The notes: generated from the letters alone by a model not told the origin. A stretch of DNA of 64,000 nt from Lepidodermella squamata (GCA_047495785.1 JBLDXI010000020.1:2728001-2792000); one strand, 5' to 3'; shown: positions 22,657 to 37,790, counted from the stretch's first letter. Program-made: numbers and translations.

Positions 22657-25600
22657 ATGAAAGTAAACAAAGGATTACCTCCTCAAGAGCAAAGGTATTT
22701 ACGAGCCAATTCTTATCATCTTATCACGGTCGCGCTATTTTTTATTATTATCCAGAGCCTCATTTTTCTTGCTGCACGCACTAGCTAAGGGTCTACGAGT
22801 CTTTGGGATATTTTGGATTTACGATGTGGCAAAAGTTTTAAATGTTTTCTACTTTGCTGCTCTTATTGCAGTTGGGTATGTTTATTTCAATCTAAATATT
22901 TCAAGTTGAAACGCACATGTTGATATTAATTTAGAGCTGCCGCTTTCTACCTTCCAATCCAGCGGCCATTTACTTACGGTCAGAAATTGACCACGCGGCA
23001 GGCATGGAATGTTTTCTACATCGGTGCTTTTCGGCTCATTACCTTGGTCTTTTGGATCACATCTTTGTCAATTTGCGGTCCTCTAAGGTAAAAATAAGAG
23101 CATTATAATAATGTTCCGTCAATAATTTGAAAATTTTCCAGATCAACTTTATTATGCGAACATTCCGAGACAATAATTCTAGCTACTCTATCAGCTCTTT
23201 TCACTTCTGGTACCCCAGGAAAAGTAGGTTTTTGGTTGTGGTAAAGATCTCTTTACTATTTTTTTCGTACATTTAGTTCCGAGGCGCGTTTTGTTTCGTT
23301 GGAGCTTTCATCTCAATATTGTTGATCGATTATGACAGCGAGGTCACTCCAACACCTGATTCCGTCTCGCCTAGTAATTTATCTAGAAATGTATTAGAAA
23401 AATCCTATTGAAATTATTTTACAGCTCCCACTTCGTCTTGGATCGGAAGTGTTTTCAACACTGTATTTGGATTATCGGACCACAAAGCCGGTGTTGTGCT
23501 GTTAGGCTTTACGATGTTTTTAAACGCAATTTGCTCACATTTGGAGAGGAGAATCGCCGTTGATGTCGGTGGCTCCAAACGTTTGAACGCTCTGGTCAGT
23601 TTTGCAACCATGGTTGTGGCCCTCCCCTGTGCAATCATGGCATACTTCTTCGGAGCAACCCCCTCGGCATACCCTTGGACTTCTTTCGTAATTCCGTTAA
23701 TTTATATTATAACTGTCGCGTTTGTTGGGTGCTACTACGTGGATTCTGTATGTGTTACTCGGCTGCAAGCACCAACCGCTGCTAGAGTCGGCTCGTTAGT
23801 CTCCATGATTTCAGCCATGACCATGACTTTACTCTGGAACCACCCGGTCGCCTGGAAAATCATGAAATCGCACGGTTTAGACGTCGCGAATGTTATAGCG
23901 GATGAACACGCTATGTCAGCCGGTGTGATTTTCGCGTTCGTCCTACTCTGTTTAGCAGTTTTGATGCTAACCTCAACAACCCGGGCATCTCATTGGGATT
24001 TGGTCGGAACAACTCATGACGGCTTGCCGCTGTATAAGGAGGCGCAAATGCAAAAATCGACATTTTCGACGACGCAAATGCTGCGTTCAGCGTTACATCG
24101 AGTGCTCGAGTCGCCGGATTCACGGCGGATATTTTACTTTCTCTGTCTCAATCTCACGTTCACCTTTGTTGAGCTTACCTACGGCTTCTGGACTAACAGT
24201 TTGGGCCTCATTTCCGACGGTTTTCACATGTTTTTCGACTGCGCTGCGCTGGTTTTCGGTCTCATTGCATCCGTCGTTGCTCATTGGAGGCCTACTAAGC
24301 AATTCACTTTCGGGTATGTCTCATTTTGATTGGCCATAAACCTCGCCAGAGATAAAAACTAATGAAGCTGGAATAACTCATTGTACTTTTCCAAACCTAT
24401 TTATTGATTTTTTCGGGTGAAGCTCCTCAACTTGTAAGGTCTCTCCTTTTCAATCGGACTATCACTTTCTTTATTGGAAAAGATAGAACTGAGTCCATAT
24501 TATAAGCATACAAAATCCTAAGTTTATGAAAGCCACCGTTCAAAAATTATTCATGGTTTTCGGATGCATTTTTTTCTTAGTTTACATGCTCCATACCTAT
24601 ACCACCCATGGCCGTCATTCCGGATAACAAAACCTGTTCGTGCCTCGTATGATCAAATGCTCGAAATTAGGGAAATTCTGTAGGCTGCTTTGAAATATAT
24701 TGAAAAAAACTTAACAACGATTTCAGCCTTTGCAAGTAGCAATATTCAAAAGCAGAATCCCGAAAAATGCATCCGAAAACCATGAATAATTTTTGAACGG
24801 TGGCTTTCGTAAACAAGAAATTTCACACGCTTATAACATGGACTCAGTTCTATCATTTCCAATAAAGAAAGTGATAGTCCGATCAAGAATGTGGCCGTAG
24901 AGTCAAGGCAAAAACACCCATTTTTGAACCCCTAAAAAAGTGACCTTCGCGGAAATCGCTGTGGCGTCAAAACCGTTCATTTCCGTACGAAATCCTTTGA
25001 ACTGGTTGTAGTTGAAACCAATCCCCATCAATTACAATAAAAAAATCGGAATTCCATGATGAGCTATTTTGGGTATAGCGCGCGGAAAAACACCCTTGTT
25101 TTACATGTAAACATGTATGCGCCGGTTTCAAAAAGATCCGCCATAATGAAAATTTACGAAAATCGCCAAAAGAATTAAAACTTCAAGTTTCCAATAGGAG
25201 TTTCATCTCTGGTAACTCTATTCTCTATGAGCGCATCTATACACAACTCAGGGCATTTTTTTGTCAATAGCAAAAATATTAAGGAGGACTTTTTTAGTTT
25301 TGTTTTCCGAATATTGACTGTATTTTGAAGTCTTGATTGTTTATTTATGGTATTTGTATTCATATTTTATAGCTATGATCGAATCGAAGTGTTGTCCGGC
25401 TTTGTGAACGGTCTTTTCCTGGTCATTATCGCATCAGCGGTGCTCGTATCTGCAATGGACCGAATTTTCGATCCACCCCACATCAACACCCACCGCCTGC
25501 TATTCGTGTCATTCGGCGGTCTATTCATTAATCTATTCGGAGTTTTCGCCTTCCACAGCGCCATTTTCGGCGGTGAATCCGGCGAAGACCATGGCCATTC

Positions 25601-26228
25601 GCATGGAGGAGGTTCTCATGGCCACTCCCACGGCGGAGTGTCGCATGGTCACTCGCATGGCGGCGGCTCCCACGGCCATTCCCACAACAGCAACATGGAA
25701 GGCGTCTTCCTCCACGTTCTAGCCGACACCTTAGGCAGTGTTGGCGTCATTATTTCGTCATTTTTAATCGCGCAATACGGCTGGTACATCGCCGACCCGA
25801 TCTGCTCGATTTTCATGGCGTGCCTCATCATCGCTAGTGTCATTCCGTTGCTGAAGGAAACAAGCCACGTGCTGCTGCTTCGAGTACCCCGTGATGTCCA
25901 GAAAAGTATCGGTGAAGGCCTACAAAACCTGCTGACTATTGAAGGAGTGCTTTCGTACCGCGATCAACACTTCTGGCGCCATTCTTCGAACGTAATCTGC
26001 GGCGTTGTGCATGTCCAAGTCGCCCCTGACGCCTTGGAACCCCGCGTTACCAGCCGGGTGACAGCTCTTTTCGCCGAATTCGGCGTGAATCGTATGGCTG
26101 TTCAGGTCGAAAAGGAGACTTTCTTCTCCCATATGGCTGGACTAGGCATGACAATCGAAAAGCCGGAAAATTTGAGTGCGAAAGCGGCTGGTTATGACAT
26201 GGCGTTAGAAATGATTAAAACATGTTAA
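22657..26228 (+). CDS. SLC30A5: Zinc transporter ZnT5 (SLC30/CDF family)
   Basis: N-terminal membrane extension (CGPLRSTLLCEHSE, DHKAGV), then SRRIFYFLCLNLTFTFVELTYGFWTNSLGLISDGFHMFFDC, YDRIEVLSGFVNGLFL, a (HGHSHGG)-repeat His loop and NMEGVFLHVLADTLGSVGVI; GT-AG introns in phase. Confidence 0.92.
24453..24883. mobile_element. MITE/foldback in ZnT5 intron, with ~120-bp imperfect inverted arms
   Basis: 24453..~24572 (atcggactatcactttctttattggaaa...aaagccaccgttcaaaaattattcatggttttcggatgcattttt) is the reverse complement of ~24763..24883. Confidence 0.75.
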
Positions 26229-26628
26229 CAAAAAATCCCGCATGAATATAAAGCGTATAATGTAAGACCTCTTGATCTGATTTCGTTATATATATAGTGC
26301 AAAACGAAAGTGTCTAGTGTAACTGCCAATAAGCGTTGTATCTAGGTAACATCAAGAAATAGCTGTTGTCGGAAATTTCTATTTTCATTCAAAGGTAAAA
26401 CGCGGCATTTTTTGGCACTATATCTTCTTCACATTCTTCAAAGCTATAAATTATTATTATTGTCTATCAACTTCATTATGACGCTAAATAATATTATTTT
26501 AATGGGCACCAAAATCTTCGGTGGTTGGACGATGGAAAAACCGAGCAAATAAATATAAAAAAATGTTTTTCGTAATTCATGATTAATTATTTTTTTAGAT
26601 ATTTATTAAAAATTAATTAGGGCAGTGC

Positions 26629-29600
26629 ATGCTTTCGTTTTTGAAGGGCAAAAAGGACAAGGACAAGGCTGGACGGAAGCTGTCGTCCACGTCCGGCCCA
26701 AACGGCAAGCACTCAACCACCGAAGCAGATGAAGCATTAGATGATCACTCTCAACACGAAATTTTGGAGGAAGACGATGAAGTAATCAAACCAGGCACAG
26801 TTTCCAGTCTTGTCAACCAATTTGCGCCCGGTGCGCCCAACTTGCCGCCGCCAGCTACGCTGAAAACGTCAACAGCATCGCTCAAACCGACGCCTAATCC
26901 TAACCCGCCTATTAGACAGACATCAAAACTAAAGAGTATTATTCGAGGAGGTAATTTTCTACTAAAATTTGATCAAAATTGTATGCCTTAAGATTGCGAT
27001 TTCAATTTAAACAAAATTAAGTAAATTTTACGGGAAATTTTCAAAAATACGCAAACCAAAATTCGACGAAAATATTCAAATTTAAGGTGGAAACCCCAGT
27101 TCCCTCAACTTTGAAATGGATTTTCTTAAATAAAAATGGCTCCATTGATACCTAAAAGTGAAAAGTGAATTTTCCAGCTTGCAGATTTAAGATCAAGGAT
27201 TTCTACATCCAAAAATGAAAAAATTGAAATTAAGATGAAAAATCGCGGAGATTAAATTCTTTTTCCTAATTTGTTCTTTTATTTTAATTTGAACTATTTT
27301 TATTCAGACTCGTCAGTTCTCTCCGCTTACGAGCCTCCTGGTGTAGCCGAACAACGTCAACAGCCCAGAATTACAGTCACAGTCACCCGTCCCTCCATGA
27401 TCAAGTCACCCCAGCACAGTTTACTGCAACTCGCCCCGCAAACGACGACGATTATCGGCGGAAACGATGCGCTATCGCCATCTCTTGCGATTTCTAGCAC
27501 TCCTGGTTACATAGTGCTACCACCCTTGCCAGTCCGCGCCTCAGCGATCCGCCGCTTGCCCAGGGGGGATTTCGGTATTATCTTACGACAAGCCGTTACG
27601 TTGACCGTTGAAGAAAACACGCAAAGGCTGTTAGTCCGCGGCGTTGTTTTCGCTGAACCGAATGTTGTCAGTCAAAACCAGCCTCTTACCCTGTTGCCGG
27701 GCGATGAATTGCTCGAAGTCGGCGAAACGTCAGTTATCGGCTGGTCGCGCGATGATATCGTCAATTTATTCCGCCGAGCTAACGATACTGTTGTTCTACG
27801 TTTCCAACAAGCGCCGGAATTTCGAGAAATTTCGCTGAATTTCTTCTCGGACAACGTTTCAGTCTCATCCGATACTAGTCGAGTTAAACGAGGTCGTGGC
27901 TCAGGTATCCGTAGAGCGGATCCTGTCTTGAAAGTTCGTCGCTTCAGCTCAGTTTCAAGTATGGGAAATGACGGAACTGATGATCGAACAAAAGTTTGGC
28001 TCAATCACGAACGCGGTTTTTGTATGGCGAAGCAGATTTCTAACGAATCTGATGATTACGTCACGGTTGAGGTGGACGGGCAACAACTCGGCGTTAGACA
28101 GGCTAATTTGTTTCCGAGAAACCCGCTTGCCCAGAATTTTGTTCCAGATCTATCGCGTTTGTCCTATTTGAACGAACCAGCTTTGTTGAATACGTTGATT
28201 CAACGTTTCGCGAACGGGCTGTGCCACAGTGTGGCTGGAACTTCGTCTTACCTGATCAGTCTCAGCCCGCAGAGACCGATGTATTGCTACTCGGAAAAGG
28301 TTCTGCGAATGTTTAATTGGACTGATTGCTGCGACGAGTTGCCTCACCCGTTCTCGCTAGCTGCCGGGGTTCTGGCGAATATGCAGCGTAGTCGGCAGGA
28401 CCAAACCGTTGCGTTTTTAGGCCTGAGTGGGTCTGGGAAATCCGCCTTAATGCGACACGTTTCCTCCGCGCTGTTGGACCCTAGAGCGACCGCAGCCCCG
28501 TCTGCTATCACATCGAGCCGCCTTAATGCTGCTCTGACTATTCTCGACGCGTTCGGGTCTTGCTCGATCGGCCAGAATACTTGCGCGTCGAGGTACGCCC
28601 TTCTGGTCTCGATCAATTACGACCAGCAGGGTCGGCCGCTCGGGGTGGTTTTATCGCCGAATTTTCTCGACCGCTATCGAGTCACGCAACGGGCTGAAAT
28701 GCCGTTGCAAAGCCAAAATCAACCGGCCTCTCCGACTAGTCTCGATACGTACAGTAATTTCGCGATTTTCTACCATTTGCTGGCCGGAATTTCGGCGGAA
28801 GAAAAGGCTGAGTTGATGCTAGACGCGCCGCAACAGGGCCAGAACCTGCTTCTTGAAATGACTTTTTCGAACCAACAAATGCAAAAGTCTTTCGCGGATA
28901 AGTGGACCTCTGTGACGAATTGTATGGACGAGTTGAATATCAGCGGCGATGAACGGCGTGGCATTTGGCGGACTATTGGTGCCATCATTCATTTGGGCTA
29001 TGCTGGCTACGTGCAGACGCCGACTGGCGTTGGCCAATTCCACCGCGCTGAATCGGCTCAACGTGCTGCTGATTTACTAGGTTTGTATTAATTCAATTTC
29101 AATGCCTGATTGGAATACAAAAAAATGGAAAAATGTAGTGCTCACATTGAGAATGAAAAGAGCCGGTGCGGCCTGATTGGGCAGTTGAAGGTTTAAGAAC
29201 TTACCTGGCGCTAAAAGACAGAGGGGGTTGTAGCAAAAATTGACTCAATCGGCACAATAATATCAACCTGAAATTACGCGCCATTGAAAATGACCGAGTT
29301 AGCATTCTCATGGAGAAAACACCACTGAGGCATGTTTACCGGGTCAAACTACCAGAATAGTGGGGAAAAACCAACAACTTGCAAAATAGCAAACTAGTGC
29401 ACTAGCTACATTTCTTTCTATAGATCAAGTTAAACTGGGGTATTCAACGAAATTTCCTCAAAATACCTGCTTTTGGCTACATTTTTATTAATTTTTATAG
29501 CTCCTTTATTAATTTGTTCTATTTGAATAGGCGTTAAGGTGGAAGACTTGGCGAATGCAATTTTCTCTGCTGCAAAGAATGCGCAGAGTCAAAGCAACCC

Positions 29601-32600
29601 TGGTTCGCGAAATTCCACCTTAAACTTGAACGCGGCAAACACCTCGCAGATCGCTTATCGAGCCTTCATTTCCGGCTTATACGCTCATCTATTCGCTGCT
29701 GTTACGGCTCTGATTAACCGCCGTTTGACTACCCACTCGAACCGGGCTATGTACACGATCCATCTTCTGGACACGCCCGGGCTTCAACGAGTTGGCGATT
29801 TGAATGGCGGATCTTTCATGGATTTCTGCTACAACTACATCACAGAACGACTGCTTGGCCTTTACGTCGGCTCAGCTTTCACCGGACCACTCGATGCCTT
29901 TGTTCAAGAGGACGTTGATAGCGGTTTGGAGTTGAATTTGGAAGTGCCTCTCGATGCTAACCGGACCTTGCTTGATACTTTTGATGGACGTGATCAATCC
30001 TCCTTATTTTGGCTGTTGGACCAGGAAATTCTATCGCCCACCGGGTCGGATGATGGTTTCCTGAATCGACTATTCACGGTTGCTCACGATCGATTCAGGT
30101 CGTCAACTGCCTCGATCCATCAAGACGGGTTCCAACTGCTTCACGCCTTCGGTCAATTCCCGGTTATTTACCGGGTTGCGGGCTGGATGGCTGCAATGAC
30201 TGAACATCACGCGTTTTATACGGCAGCTGATTTGTTGAGATCATCGATTTCACCATCAGTAGGCGCCGTGTTCAGCGCAATCCTCGACCTGCCAGCCGGG
30301 TCTAGCATTCTCCGCCCGCCTTCAATCCGCCGGTCACCCTGCCTGGCTATGAAATGTCAGGTCGATCAATTTTTGGAACCGCTACGCAGAACTCGCCACC
30401 ACTTCTCGCTGTCAATGCAGACCAGTTCGAACAAATCGCATCACCAATCGACGCCGCAGCATGTCGATATCGCTGTCGACTACGTGCGAGCCCAATTTCG
30501 AGCTCTTTGCGTCGAAGAGCTGGTTAAACTGCAGAAATACGGCTGCACCGAATCGTTCCGCTACACTGATTTCGTGCGATCGTTCCGCCTGCAGCTGCCG
30601 ACCGTTACTCCGCTCGAAACTGACGACCCTCGCCTCGCGACCACCTTAATCCTGCAATCAGCCACGATTGAGCAGAGAATGTTCCGATTCGGGAAGAATC
30701 GAATCTTCCTATGCCGAGAGGCATTGCAAGAGCTTGAGTCACTTCGAGAGGAACGCTTAGGCGAAGTTGTTGTCAAACTGCAGGCGTTGTGCCGGAGTCA
30801 TCTGTCGCGAAAACGCTGCGACAAATTGCGGGTTCAGCATGCGGCTGCTCGCTGCATTCAGAAGAACGTTGCGAAATGGGCGAGTTTCCGCGAATGGCCG
30901 TGGTGGCGTTTGTACGTTCGCATCAAGCCATTGGTCAATGTCCACAAAACCGAGGAGGAACTTCGAACGCGGCAGGAGGAGGCGATGGGCTTCAAGCAGA
31001 AGTTCGAACGGGCTGAGAATGAGAAGTCAGAGCTAGCGCAAGTTAACGCGAAATTGGAGTTCAAAATCAAGCAGCTCGAATCTGCCCTGGCTGAACAAAG
31101 CGCTGCGCATCAACAGGCCTCGGAAATGTTGGAGAATGAATCGGCTGAGAAGCGAAAACTTCAAAATGAAGTCGTGGATATGAAGAAACGAATCGGGAAG
31201 CAACAAAGCCCGGCAATGATGACTAGTTCAACGGTCATTCTACCGCCATCTCCATCACCCCTCGCCTCTGTCTCAGCAGTTCTAGACACCCGTCTCGGGG
31301 TCGAGCGGGACGAATTAACCCGGCAGCTGGAGGAAAGAGCCGAGGCTCATAAATGCCGGGCGTTGAAATTAGGCGCTGAGTTACAGGACGTGCGTTACGA
31401 ATTGGAGCAAACTCGAACTGCGTTGGCCGATGCTGAGCGCCGATTGGGCCGGTCAGATGCCGATATCACTGCTTCAGTCGAAGAGGCTCGCCGCGAACGT
31501 GTGAAAAGTCAGCATCTCCAGCAGGAATGCGACGGGCTTAAATTGGACCGAGGTCGTATGGAAAATGAAATCATCGACTTGTCCGACGCGAAATCGAGCC
31601 TGGAAGAGCGTGTCGCGAGTCTTCAGAGCCAGATATCCGCCCTAACCGCGACTGCTCTGCCCGAAAGTCTTGAGTTAGCTAGTCTGCGGCGGAAGGTGGA
31701 TGAATTGAGCTTGAAATGCAAAGATCAGGAGGAAGAGCTTGACGAGCAGGCCGGCGAGATTCAGATGTTGCAATCGTCGAAATTGAACCTGCAAATGCAG
31801 CTGGCTCAAACCAGTCAAGCCCTGCAAAAAGTTCAGGAGGAGAAGGATAACGAGCTGCAAGACGTCCGAGCTGCTTTGCTACGTCGCGCTCGAGCTGCTG
31901 AGCAGAACCTGGAGGAAGCCGACTCGGAGAGGCAGAAATTAGCCAGGGAAAAGCGGCAACTCGAGGCGCATTTGCATCAATTGCAGAGTGAGCAGGCTGA
32001 GTTGGAGGAGCGACGAGTTCTAGCCACCGAGCGCCGTCTTCGCAACAAATTAGCAGCAACTCGGGCCTTGCTTCAAGCCGCTCAACTGACTATCAGCCGT
32101 TTGAAGGCGTCTGGTGATAAGAACCCAGGTGCTGATATTCGTTTGCTGGAGGAACGCGCTGAAGATGCGGAGCAAAAGGCGGCTCGTCTCGCGAAGGCTA
32201 AACAGCGCCTCGAGGCTGAAGTTGCGGCTATGGCCGAGGAAGTTAACCGACTCCAGGTTGTTCGCAGTGAGCTCGAAAAGCGTTGTGCGGCATTGTCGAA
32301 GGAAAACGGCGAGCTGGAGGATCAGCTGGGCGAGCATGATGACGAATTGGCGGAGATCAACGACAAACTGCGAGCTGCGATCGCTGAGCGCACTGTCGAT
32401 AAGGTTGCGGTCGATTCTCAGGCGCAAGAGATCATCAGACTCGAGGTATTTTTCAGAATTTAAGAAGGATTTTTTATTCAGTTTTTACCAAAGAGGAGTA
32501 TTTTATACTATTAAGGAGGATTTTTTATTTATTTTTTCTATTTTGCAGGAGAAACTACTCAACTCTGAAGAGCGTTGCTCAGCCCTTGAGACGCGTCTCG

Positions 32601-33310
32601 AGCTATTCCAAGCGAAGATGATTGATAAGCAAGAGTATATTAAACTCGAAATGCAGATTCGAACGCTCGAGGGTCATCTCCAGCTGGAACGAGTCGAAAG
32701 GGCCCGACTTGAAACCGCCTTGGACCGGGCTAAGCAGAAGGCCGAAACTTTGCAAGAGGCAGTTGCCACCCTCGAGGAACTGCTGCGTAACGAAAGACAG
32801 CGGTCTTCTCGCCTGGAAAAGGACTTGAATGCGGTTACTGAGGAGGCTCAGGATAACGCGAGACGTTTGACTGATGTTGAATCGAAATTATCGGCGCTGA
32901 ACACGGAAGCGTCGCAACTGCAGAAATTATTCGAAGAACGCGAGGAGCAGCTTCATCTTGCCTATCAAAACATTTCCACGATGCAAAAGGCGTTGGAAGA
33001 GAAAGCCTCGTCCTCTGCTGATGAAGACGATGAAGATGAAGAGGAGGATGACGACGATGAATTCGACGACGGCTGCATGTTCGAGGCAATGTCGCAAAAT
33101 AGCGATGTTGAAGATGAAGATGTGAGCGAGAATCTGCGGCAAAACGGTGTCGGAGATCATCGCAATGGCCATCACCACGTGAATGGGAATGGCTTGGCCG
33201 GTAGCGCTGGTACGGTTTCTTACAGTAGTGATAGTGTGATTAATGACGATGGCGGCTCAGACCCTCACATTTCCAACGGTCGGCGACAGGAGGCGCTTCT
33301 TGCCGATTGA
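26629..33310 (+). CDS. MYO18A: Unconventional myosin XVIII (PDZ, motor-like domain, IQ, long coiled coil, acidic tail)
   Basis: Four exons. PDZ (RRLPRGDFGIILR..LLPGDELLEV), DLSRLSYLNEPALLNTL, P-loop GLSGSGKS, ASRY, LLDTPG, WPWWRLYVRIKPL, and MYO18-type DQEEELDEQAGEIQ. Confidence 0.88.
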
Positions 33311-34196
33311 TCAGCTCCACCTTAAATTCTTTCGTCTTCCCCCTTTTTTCAATTAATTATAGGGTTAGTGAGATCGGCTGTTTTCTACGGTTGTTTATGC
33401 AGTATTGAAGGAAAAATCTTTGTGTGCCACGATTGCTCTTGGGAACTGCTGCGTATTTGTGTGCGTGTGTGTGCTTGTAATGATTCGAAGTCGAATTTTC
33501 TCGACCTTAAAACGGCGAATGTTGTTGTGAGGCTTCGAAGTTCGAGTGATTGTTTTGTTAAATTTGAGCTGCTTGCAGTGTTTCTTATTTCCCTGCAATG
33601 AAGAATTCCGCAATTTTTTCTATTCTATGAAATCGAATGGCATCTCCTTGGAAAAAACACACAATTCGAGTCACTTTATATTACTTGAAAAATTGCCTTT
33701 AATTAATAGTAATTTAGTTTTTTTATCGCGATGATATTCGTAAAAAAAATTGCGTGCGAATTTTCCGCTCTTCCGAAATTTTTTATTATTAAACGAACGG
33801 GAACAATCTTTCTCCTATTGTCCTCCAATTATATTATGCTATACTGGCCGGTACTAATTGATATAAAACACCACTGAAACTGCTATTCAACCTTTTGTCT
33901 CACAGTGCTTGTTGTTTTCCCGACTTTTCGACGGACCGTTGTTTCAAGTTGAAAACTGCTATTCATTTTGCTAAAAATGTGAATTAATTTCATTGCGACT
34001 TTCTCTTTCTTTTTTGCCCATGCATGTGTTGTATTCATTACTATTATTATTCTATGTTGGAGAAAGAAACAATGGTAGCTGGATTTCCAAGCGAATAATT
34101 ATATTAAAGTAATGTAATACCAGCAATAAAAGCAGTTCTTACCTTTTAATTTGATTTTTTATTAATTTATTTTAGAATATTTTTGCGTGTATAATA

Positions 34197-35654
34197 ATGG
34201 CCGGTGATCACCGGGGAGTTCACGGTGGATATTCGTCAGAGTTAGAACCTGATTCCGACTTTGAAGAGCGGAAAAGAAAACGGCATGATTTAGCGCGACC
34301 GCCTCCGATTTCAACTGCTTTGGTACCTTTGTCAAGTGGAGTTCAGAGATTCGCATCAGGATCTGGAATGCCGCCGCCCAAACGAATGGCTGCTGATTTA
34401 TATGATAGGGAGGACGCGATTGCTAGGCGACGCGAATTTCTGCAACTCAACGCATATGACCGGCATAAAATTCTTGTCAATAATTACCTAGCATTATACG
34501 GCGGGAAATTGGAAGATTTTGCACCGAAAAAGTTGGAACTATCGATATTTCAAGCCTCCTAAAAAATAATTTTCTAACATTTTAAGCAAGGTTGTTCGAA
34601 CTGATATCGACGTAATTCGAGATAATCATCAATTTCTGTGGGAAGAAGACGAAGATGCGGAAATGTCGTGGGATCAAAAATTGGCGAAGCGGTACTACGA
34701 TAAGCTGTTTAAAGAGTACTGCATCGCGGATTTGAGCCGGTTTCAGGAGAACAAAATCGCCATGCGATGGCGCACTGAGCAAGAAGTCGTCAGCGGCAAG
34801 GGTCAATTCGTTTGTGGGGAGCGAAAATGCCGCGAAAGAGCTGGTCTTGCCAGTTGGGAGGTCAATTTCGGCTACGAAGAGAAGGGCGCAAAAAAGAATG
34901 CTCTCGTTAAGCTCAGTGAGTTGATTTTACATTTCGTCAGCCTTTTTCATTTATCAAAGATTCCTTATCGCAAAATTATGCGTGATGATTCATTTACATC
35001 AGCTTACGTCATTTAACATATATAATGTTGAATGCGATCCAATTTTTGCTCAACTTGGCCTATGTAATGTTGATTTTCATGTAGATTTTTTAAACCCCAC
35101 GAGTCAGTATTCGATATTTTATAGGATAATATGATACTTCAAAATTCCGAAGGTATCGATCTCCGATAATCGATACTGATCGATTTTTTTATTTTTGTCA
35201 ATATCGTTGGAAAGGGAAAATAAATGCAGTTTAAAATGAATGAAAATCAGCATTACACTGGCCAGTTTGTCCATGTAAATTAAATTAATTTCAAGATCAC
35301 ATTAGACATGGACTTATTTAATTGTTGTCTTTTCGCGTTTTCCTAGGATTATGCCCCGATTGCTCAAATAAGCTAAACTTTCATAACAAGAAAACTTTGG
35401 CCACTCCGAGATCTGAAGTCAAATGCGAGCTAATGAGCCCTAAGCGTGAAGCTGTTGATAGCAGCTCTACCTCAGGACAAGCTGCTTCAACATCGACCCC
35501 AGCCGAAGTTTGGAGTAAACCTGTTCAAAGAAAGGAAACCGAGGAGAAAACAATGTGAGCAGATTTTCATTGAATTTATATAAAATCATCTGATTTTTTT
35601 CTGATTTTCAGGGATGAAGAAATCGATTCGTATCTAGCTGGTCTTTTTGACTGA
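34197..35654 (+). CDS. FRA10AC1: FRA10AC1 homolog (spliceosome-associated)
   Basis: LNAYDRHKILVNNY, RTDIDVIRDNHQFLW, LAKRYYDKLFKEYCIADLSRF..MRWRTEQEV..GKGQFVCG, SWEVNFGYEE..KKNALVKLRLCPDCS; four exons, stop 35652-35654. Confidence 0.93.
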
Positions 35655-35751
35655 ATGTGATTTTTCTAAAAAGAAATTCAATTATTTTGACTAAAATATT
35701 TGAAATTTGTAAGAAAGATTTTCTATTTTTAATAGATTATTTAATTTCGAA

Positions 35752-37790
35752 ATGCCTGGTGAACCTGAGCACCATGACGGCGAAGTAGCGGTCGCCTCTG
35801 ACAAGGCCCCGCTGTACTGCTCGGAGAAGACCGGCAGCGATGAAACTGGCGATGGATCTGAGAACAAGCCCTTCAAGACCGCGCTTCGAGTAAAATTTTA
35901 AATAATTCACTAATCATTTTTTGAGATTTTTGTTCTTTTTTTTAGGCGCTGAAAACATTGGACTCTGAGCCATTTCCGCCTATTTTCGTCGACGCGAAGG
36001 AGGAGGGCAAGAAGTACGAACCGATTGCCAAGTCTCAATTGAAGAAAATCACCAACCTCTGGCAACAAGATAAGCGAAAGAGCCAGGATGCGGCGAAACG
36101 CGAGGCTGAAAAGGCCGAGCAGCGCGAGAAGAACCTGCAAGAGGCGCGATCTGTCAAAATTGAGGAGGACAAATCGCTGCCAGCCGCGACTCAGTCCAAA
36201 ATCGGCCATCTCGAAAAGCTACGTGGAAAACGCGTTAAGGTCTTCGGATGGGTCCACCGCCTGCGTCAACAGGGCAAAAACATGATTTTCGTTGTGCTTC
36301 GCGACGGCACTGGCTACCTTCAATGTATTCTGAGTGACAAGCTGTGCCATACTTACGAGGCCCTAACCCTGTCGACTGAATCGACTGTCGCGATTTACGG
36401 CGAGTTGAAAGTCGTGCCTGAGGGTAAGTCCGCCCCTGGTGGTCACGAGTTGCAAGCAGATTACTGGCAACTGATCGGAGCCGCACCAGCGGGTGGCGCT
36501 GATGCGATTTTCAACGAAGACGCGGATGTCGATGTCCAGCTTAACAACCGCCATATCATGATTCGCGGCGAAAATACGAGCAAGATTTTGAAGGTGCGGT
36601 CCGTTGTTACGCAATGCTTCCGCGATCACTTCTTCAGCCGCGGCTACTTCGAAATCACCCCGCCTACCATGGTGCAGACCCAGGTCGAGGGCGGTTCGAC
36701 CCTTTTCAAGCTCGACTATTTCGGCAAAGAGGCCTTTCTAACCCAGTCGTCTCAGTTGTACCTTGAGACATGCATCCCGGCGTTGGGTGATGTTTTCTGC
36801 ATCGCTCAGTCGTACCGCGCGGAGAGGTCGCGAACCCGTCGCCACTTGGCCGAGTACAGCCACGTTGAAGCCGAGTGCCCGTTCATGACGTACGACGATT
36901 TGCTCAACCGCATCGAAGATTTGATTTGCGACGTTGTTGACCGAGTCTTGAAGTCGCCATACGCGTCACTTGTCCACGAACTGAACCCGAATTTCAAGCC
37001 GCCCCAGCGTCCCTTCCTGCGCATGAACTACTCCGAGGCGGTTGAGTGGTTGAAGAAGGATGGCTACAAAAAGGAGGACGGTACTTTCTATGAGTTCGGT
37101 GAAGACATCCCGGAGGCGCCCGAGCGTCACATGACTGATAAAATCAACCGGCCGATTTTGCTGTGCCGTTTCCCGGCTGAAATCAAGTCGTTCTACATGC
37201 AGCGATGCCCGGAAGATGCGCGCCTCACCGAGTCGGTCGATGTCCTTATGCCGGGTGTTGGTGAAATAGTCGGTGGATCGATGCGTATCTGGAACCCTGA
37301 TGAGGTAAAGCAAATTCTCATTAAAAATTGTTTCCAAGCTTTATTTCAAGCCTCCTCCGCCGATTGAGGTTCCAAAATTAAGGTGGAATTTCGAATTTTT
37401 TTAATTTTGATAAATTTTAAGGTGGAATTTTTATTTTTTTCTACATTTTTAATTTGGAACTAGTTGACCCTGGATGGCTGATAAAGTTGCGTTTATTACT
37501 ATTCATTATTATTCGAATATATCAGAATATTTCAATATTTCAATTTGTTTTAATTTTATTGAAATTTCTCTTAAAATACGATTTTTCATTCTTAGATGTT
37601 GGCCGGCTACAAGCGGGAAGGCATCGACCCTACCCCTTACTACTGGTACACTGACCAGAGCAAGTTCGGCGCTTGCCCCCATGGCGGCTACGGTCTCGGT
37701 CTCGAGCGTTTCCTCACTTGGCTGCTGGACCGCCATCACATTCGCGACGTGTGCCTGTATCCCCGCTTCATTGAGCGATGCACGCCTTAA
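35752..37790 (+). CDS. NARS1: Cytoplasmic asparaginyl-tRNA synthetase
   Basis: Three exons; [81 protein letters not shown]. Confidence 0.96.

Noticed and set aside
25590-25685. Tandem His/Gly-coding repeats
   Set aside because: Normal His-rich loop of SLC30 transporters, not an array or mobile repeat.
32114-32548. N-terminal part of the 398-aa ORF overlapping the MYO18 coiled coil in another frame
   Set aside because: Read-through of the intron at 32446-32548; only the part after the acceptor is coding, so no frameshifting is needed.
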